NCBI GenBank assembly: GCA_050951545.1
Contig: JBMNJG010000009.1
Coordinates: 68,762-132,761, forward strand
DNA: 64,000 nucleotides
Source: Limnochordia bacterium
GTDB lineage: Bacteria; Bacillota; Limnochordia; DTU080
Reading direction: 5' to 3'
This document shows, piece after piece, positions 1 through 9,913 of the stretch. The position numbers and the translations under genes are program-made. Positions within the stretch are counted from its first letter, which is position 1, and every line of letters starts with the position of its first letter. The notes under the pieces were generated by a model, which was given only the letters and a program-made list of their open reading frames with translations, had not been told where the DNA came from and did no database searches.

Positions 1-1
1 A

Positions 2-1063
2 GTGAAGGGATGTGTCTGGATTGGCTTGGGGGCCCTCCTGATAGCCATGCTCGGGGGCCCCGCGCACTACAGCTGGTTCGAGTGGGGCGGCTTGGCGGTG
101 GCTGGCACCTTCGCCTGGGCAGCTGGTATTCTGCTTCTGAACCGACCACACGCCCCACCTGACGACCTACCTCGAGTCTACTTCTCGAAGCGCGGTCCAG
201 ACGCCCGCTTGGAGTACTGGGGCGGCATGTGGGGTCTCTTTGCTGTGCTCTTTCTCTATGCATGGCGAGTTCGGCAGGATAGTTTTGCCTGCGGTATGGC
301 TGGCTTTGGCCTGCTGGGTGGTCTCGGCTTCCCTCTGGGCCAGATCCTTCAAGCCTGGGGCCGGCATCGAATTCCCTTTGGCCCTCGCCTGCAACACAGA
401 ATCGACTGGTGGAAGGTGATGGAGTTCACCTTCGGGGCTGTCGCTGGCATCTGCGTCATCGGTGGTTGGCTGCACCTTGAGAAGAGTATCCCGGAGCCGA
501 TGCCGTCATCATGGATAACTGGAGCGTCAAACTCGCCTCTGGCAACGATATTCCTGGTTATGTGGGCGGTAGCAATACTGCTCGAACCGTACTGGGGGCC
601 CCACCGTTCTCCCCAACGCACGTGGCAGACCCTTGCCCTCTGCATGGGTGTCCCTTTGCTGGGCGTAGCCAGCGGTGCTCCCTTGTGGGCCCGCTGGGTA
701 GCCGGTCCTCTTATGTTCTGGGTAGTTGGGATCACCGTCCCCAACCAACACTGGAAAAGGATCCGAGGCCAGTCATGGGTCTACCTGGCCATTTTCGCCG
801 TGATAACAGGCGCAGCCATATGGGTGACCTGGGGAAACCCTTCCGCGGTGCAGCTATGGAGAGGGCTGATCATGTACCACTTCATCTTGGTACTACTCAA
901 GGAATGGACCCTAACCCACGAGACGTGGCCCACGCTTAGGGCTGAAAAAGGCTCCGTCCGAGCCCTCCTCCAGTGTCTGGGTGGCCGCAATCCTGTGGTG
1001 GTGGTTTTTGCCTTGCAGGTTCTGCTACTGATCATCTGGCAGCCGATGCCAAACGGATCATAG
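2..1063 (+). CDS. multi-pass membrane protein of unknown function (probably 5'-truncated at window edge)
   Basis: 353 aa ORF open from the window edge with about 10 hydrophobic segments; no recognisable catalytic motif. Confidence 0.75.
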   Translation: MKGCVWIGLGALLIAMLGGPAHYSWFEWGGLAVAGTFAWAAGILLLNRPHAPPDDLPRVYFSKRGPDARLEYWGGMWGLFAVLFLYAWRVRQDSFACGMAGFGLLGGLGFPLGQILQAWGRHRIPFGPRLQHRIDWWKVMEFTFGAVAGICVIGGWLHLEKSIPEPMPSSWITGASNSPLATIFLVMWAVAILLEPYWGPHRSPQRTWQTLALCMGVPLLGVASGAPLWARWVAGPLMFWVVGITVPNQHWKRIRGQSWVYLAIFAVITGAAIWVTWGNPSAVQLWRGLIMYHFILVLLKEWTLTHETWPTLRAEKGSVRALLQCLGGRNPVVVVFALQVLLLIIWQPMPNGS

Positions 1064-1146
1064 GAGATCATCTGCGGGTTTGCCTAACGTATGACCTAGA
1101 ACGAACGTCAAATGAGCACTTTGGAGAAAGATAGGAGGTGGCCTAG

Positions 1147-1650
1147 GTGCCAGCTGTTGCTGGAGTTGCTGTAGCTGTAGACCCACGAATAGAGTTAGTA
1201 CAAATTGTCATGTTCCTCACGGGTCTACAGGAGAAGACGCGTCAGCCTGTGCTTAAGCACCAGTATACAGATGCGGTACAACGGTGGTTTGCCCCAACTG
1301 AGAATCACCCTGCTGTAAAGACTGCAGCCAGGCTTATTGGCGAACGGTTCATTCATCCCAAACCCAATCGCCTCATGTTGCTCTTAGGGTTGCCACCAGA
1401 CTTGCCTGAGATATTCCCTGTTGCTAGGTACAACGATCTTGTAAAATATGAGAGCGGCTACATTGCTGAGGTACTGCAGGACTGGGTTGAATCTGGTATT
1501 CAAATGAGCTGCTAACGTTTTTGATGAGGCACGAATATGCTCATTGCTTTGTAAACCATATTACCTACGAACACATGCAGAGCATCAATGCGTTGAGTGG
1601 GTTGAAACCGCGACAGCAACGCGCAGCCAGGAAAAACAGGTGCTGCTAAC
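1147..1650 (+). pseudogene. DUF4932-like putative zinc metallopeptidase, internally deleted remnant
   Basis: AGGAGG RBS; N-terminal VDPRIELVQIV motif; ORF stops at 1515, but another frame encodes LMRHEYAHCFVNH (HExxH) from about 1521; far shorter than an intact family member; 3' boundary approximate. Confidence 0.55.
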
Positions 1651-1689
1651 CCGTGAGGAATGGGGGGCGATTCTAAGATCGACCGCCTA

Positions 1690-2475
1690 TCACTTTGTCG
1701 CCAAGATATCGCGAACCAGAGCGGCGTTCTCCTCCACTATGTCGTCTTTGTCTCCACGGTGCATGCCCACGTTCACCACGTCGTCCGGCTTGATATGGTC
1801 AAAGGCGTACTCAAAGGACATACGTGGGTCCATGCGGCCAGCGCCCATAATCTTGTAGGCGATGCACGGCTTAGCGATGCGCTGGATACAGTCCGCCGCA
1901 ACCGGAACGTCTGCCAGCTGGAAACGATGCCCTTTGCCTGAGTGCAGGCTTCCGCAGTTGAAGAAACAGACGGCATGGAAATCGACGACGTCCAGGCTAT
2001 CGACCCATAGATGCGCTTGTGGAGCATGGCCAGCCACGCCCACTGGCACACCCAAAGAGCGGGCATAGTCACACCAGGAGCGTAATTCCTCAGCATCTTG
2101 CTTGGCAAAGACGCCATCCACAAGCCCGCCATGGAAGTACAGGCCCTTGCATCCTATCTCCACTACCTCGTCAATGGCTGCCTTCCAGCTCGGATTAACC
2201 CGCAAGTTCACCTGGGCAATCCACTGGAGTGGTCCGTTGGCGGCTCTATACTCGCGTACTGCTTGCATGACATTGGGGCTCTCGTTGTTGGTGATCATCG
2301 TGTTGATCCCTGCAGCGGCAGCCCTTTCCCATGTCTCCAATATTCGGGCTGGCGTATGGTAGGCGACCATCTCTTGATCCCGCGCTTTGCTTTGGTGGCT
2401 AAAACCCCCAAAAGGGTTCGCCCCGATGATGAGACGCGTAACGGTAAGGCCGCAGAAGTTGACACTAGGCAGCAT
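1690..2475 (-). CDS. uncharacterised TIM-barrel protein, aldo/keto-reductase-like N-terminus
   Basis: ORF 1690..2496; ATG at 2475 after GGGGAGG; TRLIIGANPFGGFSH and IAYKIMGAGR motifs. Confidence 0.75.
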   Translation of the reverse strand: MLPSVNFCGLTVTRLIIGANPFGGFSHQSKARDQEMVAYHTPARILETWERAAAAGINTMITNNESPNVMQAVREYRAANGPLQWIAQVNLRVNPSWKAAIDEVVEIGCKGLYFHGGLVDGVFAKQDAEELRSWCDYARSLGVPVGVAGHAPQAHLWVDSLDVVDFHAVCFFNCGSLHSGKGHRFQLADVPVAADCIQRIAKPCIAYKIMGAGRMDPRMSFEYAFDHIKPDDVVNVGMHRGDKDDIVEENAALVRDILATK

Positions 2476-2716
2476 ACGAGATTCCTCCCCACACAAGAGC
2501 TAATGGTTTACGTAGTAACGCGTGGTCAATCCCTATTTTATGGGCAGGAGGCTGTACTCCTGCATGATTTCAACGTAGTGCGACTTTGTTATTCCTTCAC
2601 ACAGGCGGTACCACGACTTACTGCTTGTTGACCAGGGTATTAGAGTTGCGCTGCAGAATTGACTTCAGACGCCTACAGTGCACGACGGGGCGAGGGTTGA
2701 GTATGGGGGTTGCGTC

Positions 2717-3361
2717 ATGAGTCATAACCGCATCCGGTTAGTGTTGCTTGACCTCGGTGGTGTGCTAGTGGAGCTTGCTGGGCTTCCCACCCCGTTGCAG
2801 AGGCTTACAGACCACCTACCACCCAATGAGATCTGGGACCGATGGCTTACATCGCCTGCGGTGAAGGCCTTTGAGACGGGACAAATAGAGCCCCAAGCAT
2901 TCGCAGCACGCCTAATTGAGGAAATGGGTCTATGCATGGGACCTGATGAGTTGCTGGAGGAGTTGCTCTTGTGGCCGAAAGGATTGTTTCCGGGGGCTTT
3001 CGAACTGGTGCAGAGCATACCTTCGCAATACGAGCGTGCTATCTTGAGCAACTGCAACGCCCTGCACTGGCCGCGGTTGGTCGACGATACGGGGCTCGGG
3101 AGCATAATAGGCCTGCGTTTTGCATCACACCTGATGGGGAAGGTCAAGCCCGACAAAGAGGCCTTTCAGCATGTGCTTGATGCTACGCGATTTGCTCCTT
3201 CCGAGATCCTTTTCCTCGATGACAATAGGTCAAACGTGGACGCAGCTACAGAGCTTGGCATCAATGCATGTCAGGTGCGAGGCATCGCCGAGACCAAGCA
3301 GGCGCTTGTCCAGGCGGGCATCCTTCCGGCCCAGCACCTTGAAGGCCCCTCATGTTCATAG
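2717..3361 (+). CDS. HAD-superfamily hydrolase (phosphatase)
   Basis: Motif I DLGGVL, motif II LSN, motifs III/IV KPD...FLDD; ATG at 2717 within ORF 2678..3361. Confidence 0.9.
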   Translation: MSHNRIRLVLLDLGGVLVELAGLPTPLQRLTDHLPPNEIWDRWLTSPAVKAFETGQIEPQAFAARLIEEMGLCMGPDELLEELLLWPKGLFPGAFELVQSIPSQYERAILSNCNALHWPRLVDDTGLGSIIGLRFASHLMGKVKPDKEAFQHVLDATRFAPSEILFLDDNRSNVDAATELGINACQVRGIAETKQALVQAGILPAQHLEGPSCS

Positions 3362-3494
3362 GTCGCGGTGGGCCAGCCATGCCGAGCGCCCTTTTTCCGC
3401 TCGCTTTTCCCCGTAACGCCGCGGCGCCCGGACATGGCCGCAGGCGCACTGCAGCGTGAAGCAGAATACTGACTCTGCAGTAGGAGGTGCTTGT

Positions 3495-4733
3495 ATGCCA
3501 ACCACCGATGTGACCCCTTCCCGCAACCGGGCTTTCTTTCAGTTACCGCCCAGGGCCTGGAACCCCAGCCTTCTTGCCGCTGCCGTATCCATGGACATGG
3601 GCCTGAGCCTCAGCCTTCTCGCCACTTCGCTCCTGGCCATCGCGTTGGGAGCCTCGCCGCTGCAGCTTGGCCTGATGGGTGTGGTGTGGCGCATTCCCTA
3701 TGTTCTTTTCTGCCCGGTGGCAGGCAAAGTCTCCGACCGGGCCGGCCGTAAACGCATGGCGCAGGCTGCCGCATTGTCTCTGGGTTTTCTCCATCTGGTG
3801 CTGACTCGTGTTACCACTGTGAGTCAGTTACTTTGTGTTGTACCTTTCATTGGCCTGGCCACTGGCATGTTCTGGCCACCCCTACAGAGTTGGATCGGCG
3901 ACATGCGGACTGGGGAACTGGGGACCGCCGTGGGCAAGTTCAACATCGCCTGGAGTTCAGCTGGGATGCTCGGCACCCTACTGGCAGGCTTCCTATCAGA
4001 GATTGGCACGCGGACGCCCTTTCTCATCTCTGCTTGTCTAGTGGTGATGATCGTCTTGCTGGTCACGCTGGTTCCCGAACAACCGCCGACGCAAGACCGT
4101 TCAAGCGCCGAGCCAGCGACTACTCGCCTAGCGGCAGCACGGCCTGACCCGGAGACGCACCGCGCCTTTCTGCACGCCGCGTGGGTGGCAAACCTGGTCG
4201 CCTTTATCGGTATCGGCACCATCACCACCTTCTTCCCCAAACTTGGTGCTGACCTTGGCCTTTCGCCTAGCGTCATAGGGATGATCGTAAGCACTTTTGC
4301 TCTCGGTCGCCTCCTGACGTTCGTCATACTGACGCGAAGCACTCGCTGGCAGTATCACGCAAGGTTGCTCGTGATGGCCCTCTTGGTGAGCGCCGCTAGC
4401 ATGGGCCTTGCCGCCGCCAGTAACACACTCTGGCTGCTCGCCTTCTGCTTTGCCATCATGGGGGTTGTAGGCGGCATCACCTACACTGCCAGCCTGTATT
4501 ACGCACTCGACGCGCCTGGGCAGGGTGGAGCGAACGCTGGAATCCACGAGTCACTTCTGAGCGCTGGCCTGGCACTTAGCGCATTCTCCGGCGGTGTCGT
4601 GGCGCAGACTTGGGGGTTGAGGGCTCCGTTTCTGCTTAGTGGCGTGATACTCCTGGTAGGAACCTTGTGGATTGCGTGGCGACTGGATCTGCATGCTACG
4701 GGCCTCGCCTCAGAATCGGCTCAGGAACCGTAA
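3495..4733 (+). CDS. MFS transporter
   Basis: About 12 hydrophobic helices, motif A GKVSDRAGRK; AGGAGG RBS before ATG 3495. Confidence 0.9.
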   Translation: MPTTDVTPSRNRAFFQLPPRAWNPSLLAAAVSMDMGLSLSLLATSLLAIALGASPLQLGLMGVVWRIPYVLFCPVAGKVSDRAGRKRMAQAAALSLGFLHLVLTRVTTVSQLLCVVPFIGLATGMFWPPLQSWIGDMRTGELGTAVGKFNIAWSSAGMLGTLLAGFLSEIGTRTPFLISACLVVMIVLLVTLVPEQPPTQDRSSAEPATTRLAAARPDPETHRAFLHAAWVANLVAFIGIGTITTFFPKLGADLGLSPSVIGMIVSTFALGRLLTFVILTRSTRWQYHARLLVMALLVSAASMGLAAASNTLWLLAFCFAIMGVVGGITYTASLYYALDAPGQGGANAGIHESLLSAGLALSAFSGGVVAQTWGLRAPFLLSGVILLVGTLWIAWRLDLHATGLASESAQEP

Positions 4734-4983
4734 CCATTACGCGATCCTTACAGACGAGGCACGCGGGGGAAGAGGCCAGAAGACTACTCTGCCCGCTAGG
4801 CCAATACTGACACCGTTGACCAAAAAGACAAAAAATGACGGTGAGTGATAAAGGAGCCTGGATGTGGGTGGCGAAAGAGGGACCCACGCCGGCTGTCGTG
4901 CGACGCACTGCTTGTCAAATACAGGTCTGTCTCTCTTCTCTGGTGCGAAAGACGGCAGCCAAAGCATATGAGGAGGGATCTTC

Positions 4984-5697
4984 GTGCGTGTAGTGAGTGC
5001 TGTCACACTGTGTGTCGTTCTGCTTCTCGGGTCAATAGGAATGGCTGCCCCGTCCAAGGAAAACGCAATGCTGTACTTCAGCTTTGAGGAGATCGTAGAA
5101 GACCGAGTGGTCGAGGGTACTGGGAAGTCAGGCATCGGCACGATCAGCGGCAAGATCACACTCGTAGAGGGCGTGAGGGGTCAAGCGGGCCAGTTTGCTC
5201 CCAACACGTACATCGACATCGGTACTCTCCCGGCTGACGTCATCCCCAAGGACGAAATAACGATTTCGGTCTGGTTTAACGTGCCCTCGGGCACAACCCA
5301 CGAAATCCTGAACGCACGGGCTTCAGACGGCACATGGGTTTTCCACCCAGAGATTCGGTCTGACGGCAGATATCGTTGGCTTGTCCGGACGAAGGGCGCG
5401 AATACCGTATTCGATATGCAAACTGGTTCTGTCGCCTGGAGTACCTGGACGCATTTCGCCGGGGTCTACAGTGCCTCGCAAGGATACGCGGCTCTTTACA
5501 TCAATGGTCAAGAGATTGCTCGACAGCCCGTTACTGGCGTCCAGATGATGCAAGACTGGGGTATGGGGGCTCGGGTAGGCCTCACCATTGATGATGCCAG
5601 GCCTTTCTCTGGCAAGATGGATGATCTCATTGTATGGAACAAGGCCCTCTCGGCTGACGACATCAAATACGTAATGGAAAATGGCATCGGAGAGTAG
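4984..5697 (+). CDS. secreted LamG/concanavalin A-like domain protein
   Basis: Signal peptide; WTHFAGVY...LYING and FSGKMDDLIVWNKALS are LamG-3 hallmarks; GAGGAGG RBS. Confidence 0.85.
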   Translation: MRVVSAVTLCVVLLLGSIGMAAPSKENAMLYFSFEEIVEDRVVEGTGKSGIGTISGKITLVEGVRGQAGQFAPNTYIDIGTLPADVIPKDEITISVWFNVPSGTTHEILNARASDGTWVFHPEIRSDGRYRWLVRTKGANTVFDMQTGSVAWSTWTHFAGVYSASQGYAALYINGQEIARQPVTGVQMMQDWGMGARVGLTIDDARPFSGKMDDLIVWNKALSADDIKYVMENGIGE

Positions 5698-5749
5698 GCT
5701 CCCCTTGGTCTATTCTGAAAGGGGCCGCCACTCGTGCCCGACCTTCCGG

Positions 5750-5787
5750 AGCGCGAATCCCCGCCTAGGGGATTCGCGCTGTCTTTT
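5750..5787 (+). terminator. rho-independent terminator after LamG gene
   Basis: 13-bp perfect stem AGCGCGAATCCCC/GGGGATTCGCGCT followed by GTCTTTT. Confidence 0.7.
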
Positions 5788-5845
5788 CCGCGAACCATTC
5801 CCCTCGAAGCGCCACTAGATAAGTGAAAGGCATGGCGGTGGTGTT

Positions 5846-7455
5846 ATGGATGGCTCAATGACCCACATCGGTCGCAAGCATCTGGAAACGCTCTTCTACT
5901 TCTCTTTGAAGAAGACGGGGAGCCCCCTCGACGCGGAGGAGCTCGCGCAAGAGATAGCCTGTGAGGCTCTTGTCTCGCTCAGCAGAGGGCATGAACCTGC
6001 CGATTTCGATCGCTGGCTATGGGGCATTGCCCGCCATCGCTACGCCCACTGGGTCGAGGCTAGACGGAAACAGCGGCTGCGCCGAAGCCCTCTGGACCCT
6101 GCCGATCGGGTCTATGAGAGGTCGCATGCTAATGGCGCTCCGGAGGAGGCCTACCTCAGGAAAGAGCAACTGGAGCTTCTCCGGCGCGAACTCGCCCTCA
6201 TGTCTCGGGCCTATCGCCAGATTCTGGTCGCCTACTACATCGACCGCGAGAGAATTGCCGACATCGCTACCAGCCTCGGTGTGCCTGAAGGCACCGTCAA
6301 GCGCAAGCTGTACGAGTCGAGAGCATTACTTCGGGAGGGAATGGAGATGGCCCGCACAAACGGTCAAAGAAGCTACGCCCCAGAACAGATCGGTTTCACC
6401 ATGAGCGGTAACAATTTCCAGGCCAGTAGCCCTTGGCCCCTAATAAAGCGACTGGCCCCCAAGAACATTCTACTGGAAGCGTATAACAACCCAAGCACCA
6501 TCGAGGACCTGAGTCTCGCTCTAGGCATCGCCGCCTCTTATATGGAAGAAGAGGTAGGGATACTGGCAGAGGGGACGCTTCTCAGACAGCTCGCGGACGG
6601 TCGCTATGAGACCGACTTCATCATCATCAGCAAGGAGATGCGTGTAGATACCTTTGCCCGGATGGTGGAGGTTAGCGAGACATTCTGCCCTGTAGTCCTG
6701 CAACTACTGGACGAAATGATCGACGAGATCCGGGCGATCGGCTTCCATGGCTCTACGTTGCCAGCCGATGAGCTCTATTGGCTTGTGCTACCACTGATCG
6801 CCGACGACCTCGCTTCTAGAGTGAGGCGCACGAAGGACATGGGGGGGTATACGCCGCGCCCGGGCAATGCAGAGTGGGACATCATTGGATACGAAACCTG
6901 TGAGCTGCCCTTCGAGACCTTTATCGGTTGTAATGGCATCCGGTAAAAATGGCGTGATGTTCGCGGCCTACAAGATCAAGATGGACGATCTGTGGGACCG
7001 TGCCGGCGAGATGAGCGAATCCGAGGCCCTCCTAGTGGCTGATATCATCCGCAGACAACGCCAAAGTGATTCGTGGACACCTCTAGAGCGCGAAGCCCTC
7101 GCCAAGCTAGTGGAGCGAGGTTTCCTGCGCTTCACAGATAACTCGATCACCACCACATTCCCCATGTTTGACCAAGAGGGCGAAGAAGGAGTACAGCCAG
7201 CTCACAAAGCTATTTGCTCGGGTGTTCGTCGGCCAGGCTGTACGAGATGATCGACGGTCTTTTTGACTTCCACGTACAGCGCATCCAAGAAGAGGTGCCT
7301 GCCCGGCTGACACAACCAAGTCAAGTTCGTCGCCGGGGACCTGCTGCTCGTCGAGATACGGATGATGTTGCTACGCCACGCGCGTCAAGAGGGAGCGCCT
7401 CAAAATGCCAGACGATGTCAGCAAGAGCACGATAGCGATGTACATGAGAATCTAG
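5846..7455 (+). CDS. ECF-type sigma-70 factor with long C-terminal extension (3' part broken by about 5 single-base insertions)
   Basis: Region 2 AEELAQEI...WLWGIARHRY and region 4 IADIATSLGVPEGTVKRKLYESR; coding continues across ORFs 5846..6946, 6867..7250 and 7214..7435 to IAMYMRI* at 7455 if extra bases near 6941, 7180, 7225, 7316 and 7383 are removed. Confidence 0.8.
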
Positions 7456-7897
7456 CCCTAGGCCCCTGCGATGCGCATTACGGCGGCGTTCCGCCTTCTA
7501 GGGACCACGCAAAAGACAGCGGTAGGTGATCCCTGTATCTAGTTAGTGCGGGTGCGCTCTCGCCGACGGGTTGGCCACCTCCCCGGACGGGGAATGGGAT
7601 CCATCCTGCGGTTTTGGCGGCGGCTAGGTAGGTGGCAAGAAAGGGCGGTTTCGGTGAATGGTTCTGGCTGAAACCGCTTCTGATATCCCGCTTTTGCACC
7701 CCACAACCCCGCTTGGCTGTGAAAAGGCGGCGCTGGCCGGTCCGGTTCGTCGTCTGGGGCGCCAGAAAGGATCCAACCCGACACGGTTTGCCGCGTCAAC
7801 TGGCGAGGACCCACACAACTCCCAGCGGACCCAAAGGACGGCATCGCGCCACCGCCATGGTGAACGAAGGGGGCAACTGGCCCACGGTGATCACGAA

Positions 7898-8693
7898 CGG
7901 CTGGGCGCCGGACATGGCGAAAGGCCATCGATGACGTTGCGTTATGTGCAGTCCACTGGTCGGGGTGCCGCTTTTGAGGTTGGGAAACAGCGATTTGGGG
8001 GGCAAATCCGCCGTTTTCGTGGTTTGAGTCCGCAGAAAGTGGTCCGAGAGGGCGCCATCGCTGCGCATTGACCACGTTTGTCGAGTCCAGGGCTCCAAGG
8101 GGTGCCAGCGTGTCGCCGAGCCGCCCCCGCCGCTCTCAACCCACCCGGTGAGCGGCTGGGCGCCGGACATGGCGAAAGGCCATCGATGACGTTGCGTTAT
8201 GTGCAGTCCACTGGTCGGGGTGCCGCTTTTGAGGTTGGGAAACAGCGATTTGGGGGGCAAATCCGCCGTTTTCGTGGTTTGAGTCCGCAGAAAGTGGTCC
8301 GAGAGGGCGCCATCGCTGCGCATTGACCACGTTTGTCGAGTCCAGGGCTCCAGGGCTCCAGGGGTCCAAGGGGTGCCAGCGTGTCCCCGAGCCGCCCGCG
8401 CCCTCAGCCCCGCGCCCTCAGCCCACCCGGTGAGCGGCTGGGCGCCGGACATGGCGAAAGACCATCGATGACGTTGCGTTATGTGCAGTCCACTGGTCGG
8501 GGTGCGGCTTTTGAGGTGGGGAAACAGCGATTTGGGGGGCAAATCCGCCGTTTTCGTGGTTTGAGTCCGCAGAAAGTGGTCCGAGAGGGCGCCATCGCTG
8601 CGCATTGACCACGTTTGTCGAGTCCAGGGGTCCAAGGGGTGCCAGCGTGTCGCCGAGCCGCCCCCGCTCTCAACCCACCCGGTGAGCGGCTGG
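7898..8693. repeat. tandem array of three near-identical long units (255, 282 and 252 bp)
   Basis: CGGCTGGGCGCCGGACATGGCGAAAG...CCACCCGGTGAG recurs starting at 7898, 8153 and 8435, with a final CGGCTGG at 8687; about 190 bp nearly invariant core plus a length-variable GC-rich tail. Confidence 0.95.
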
Positions 8694-8857
8694 CCGCTTG
8701 ACAACAGGGAAGGAACGGTGATCCTATCCGGTTATGTGCTGTGTGAAGCAGGACTGAAGGGTTACCAGAGCGTGGAACGACGTTTCTAGACGCTCCTACT
8801 CCTAGGTGAGGAGACGCATCTTCAGTGGTTACGCCTCAGCGAAGGCGGCCCGGCGGA

Positions 8858-9913
8858 CTAAGCTTGTGGTGTTTCCGTAGATTCACTGGGCGCCCAGCCG
8901 TGCTTGGCCTGCTCGCGGTACCGCCGGCACCTGGGCTTGAGAAGCCGGAACAGCTTCCGGTTGATGCGTACGTCGCGCCGCAGCGGCAGTCGTCTGCCAA
9001 TCTTCTTCTTGATCGTCTCCCACGAGAGCTCGCGGGACTGGATCACGATCAACTCTATGTCCTCCTCGGCACAGGTCTGCTCCTTTGTCTGGTCACGCTT
9101 CTGCTGCTCAAGCACTTGCTCAGCTGAGTAGAGCTTCGTGACACCGTAGTGTTGCGGACCATTAAACTCGAAGGCCGTATAATGAAGATAATAGAAGAGA
9201 TCCAACTCCAGCCTCTGACCGGTGTCGGGGTTCTCCAGGAAAGGGGGGCGGATGCGGGGCGTGTAATGCTGAGAGTCCACAAGAGCAGTGCAGATACCTG
9301 TCATAAGTGCTTCCCCGTAATACTCAGCCGTGTCGAGTTTGTGCTGTATGCGCCACACTTCTTCGCTGTGCTTCTTATCGATCGGGTTGAGGAGGGAAAA
9401 GCGAATCACGGCCTGTTTGTGTGGCTGCTCCATCTCGAGCCAGCTCAGTTTGGCTAATCGCCGCACCGCATGTTTTACGGTCTGAGGGCTCAGATGCATC
9501 AGCTCGGCGAGCTCAGAGTATTTGAACTGCCGCAGACGATACTCCGGATCGTCTTTGCCTACAAGTACTGCATAGACGACTTTGGCCTGGGGGTTGAGTT
9601 CGGTGGCCATGATCAGCTCGACCGGAATCTGAAGCCAGCCAGGGGGCAACCACTGCTCTGATAGTTTATTCATGAGCCGAACGGTTGCCAAAACAAACCG
9701 CTCCTCGCTGAGCAGTCTGGCCACAGCCTTGCGAACGGTCGATCGCGACATGCCCGTGCGCCGTGCCAGGCGGCTGGGCGAATAGAGAAACGCCTCGTCC
9801 AAATGAGCATCCATAGCCAAGGCCATCCAGACTACTTTTTCGGTAGCTCTCAAATCGCCAGCGCAAAGTATCGAATCAGGCACACGCGCTTCATCTATAT
9901 GCAGGGAATACAA
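8858..9913 (-). CDS. tandem HTH (replication-initiator-like) plus C-terminal Vsr/DUF559-like endonuclease domain protein
   Basis: ORF 8858..9997; likely TTG start at 9913 after GAGGTG; HTH1 PSRLARRTGMSRSTVRKAVARL, HTH2 YSELAELMHLSPQTVKHAVRRL; nuclease-like LELDLFY...AFEFNGPQHY...QQKRDQTKEQTC...IELIVI. Confidence 0.75.
   Translation of the reverse strand: MYSLHIDEARVPDSILCAGDLRATEKVVWMALAMDAHLDEAFLYSPSRLARRTGMSRSTVRKAVARLLSEERFVLATVRLMNKLSEQWLPPGWLQIPVELIMATELNPQAKVVYAVLVGKDDPEYRLRQFKYSELAELMHLSPQTVKHAVRRLAKLSWLEMEQPHKQAVIRFSLLNPIDKKHSEEVWRIQHKLDTAEYYGEALMTGICTALVDSQHYTPRIRPPFLENPDTGQRLELDLFYYLHYTAFEFNGPQHYGVTKLYSAEQVLEQQKRDQTKEQTCAEEDIELIVIQSRELSWETIKKKIGRRLPLRRDVRINRKLFRLLKPRCRRYREQAKHGWAPSESTETPQA

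Noticed and set aside
7539-8673. Multiple short ORFs on both strands in the repeat region
   Set aside because: They are repeated translations of the same unit with no RBS or protein-like features.
7898-8693. CRISPR or other repeat-spacer guide array
   Set aside because: Units are about 255 bp, the variable parts are slippage variants of each other rather than unique spacers, and no cas genes are present.
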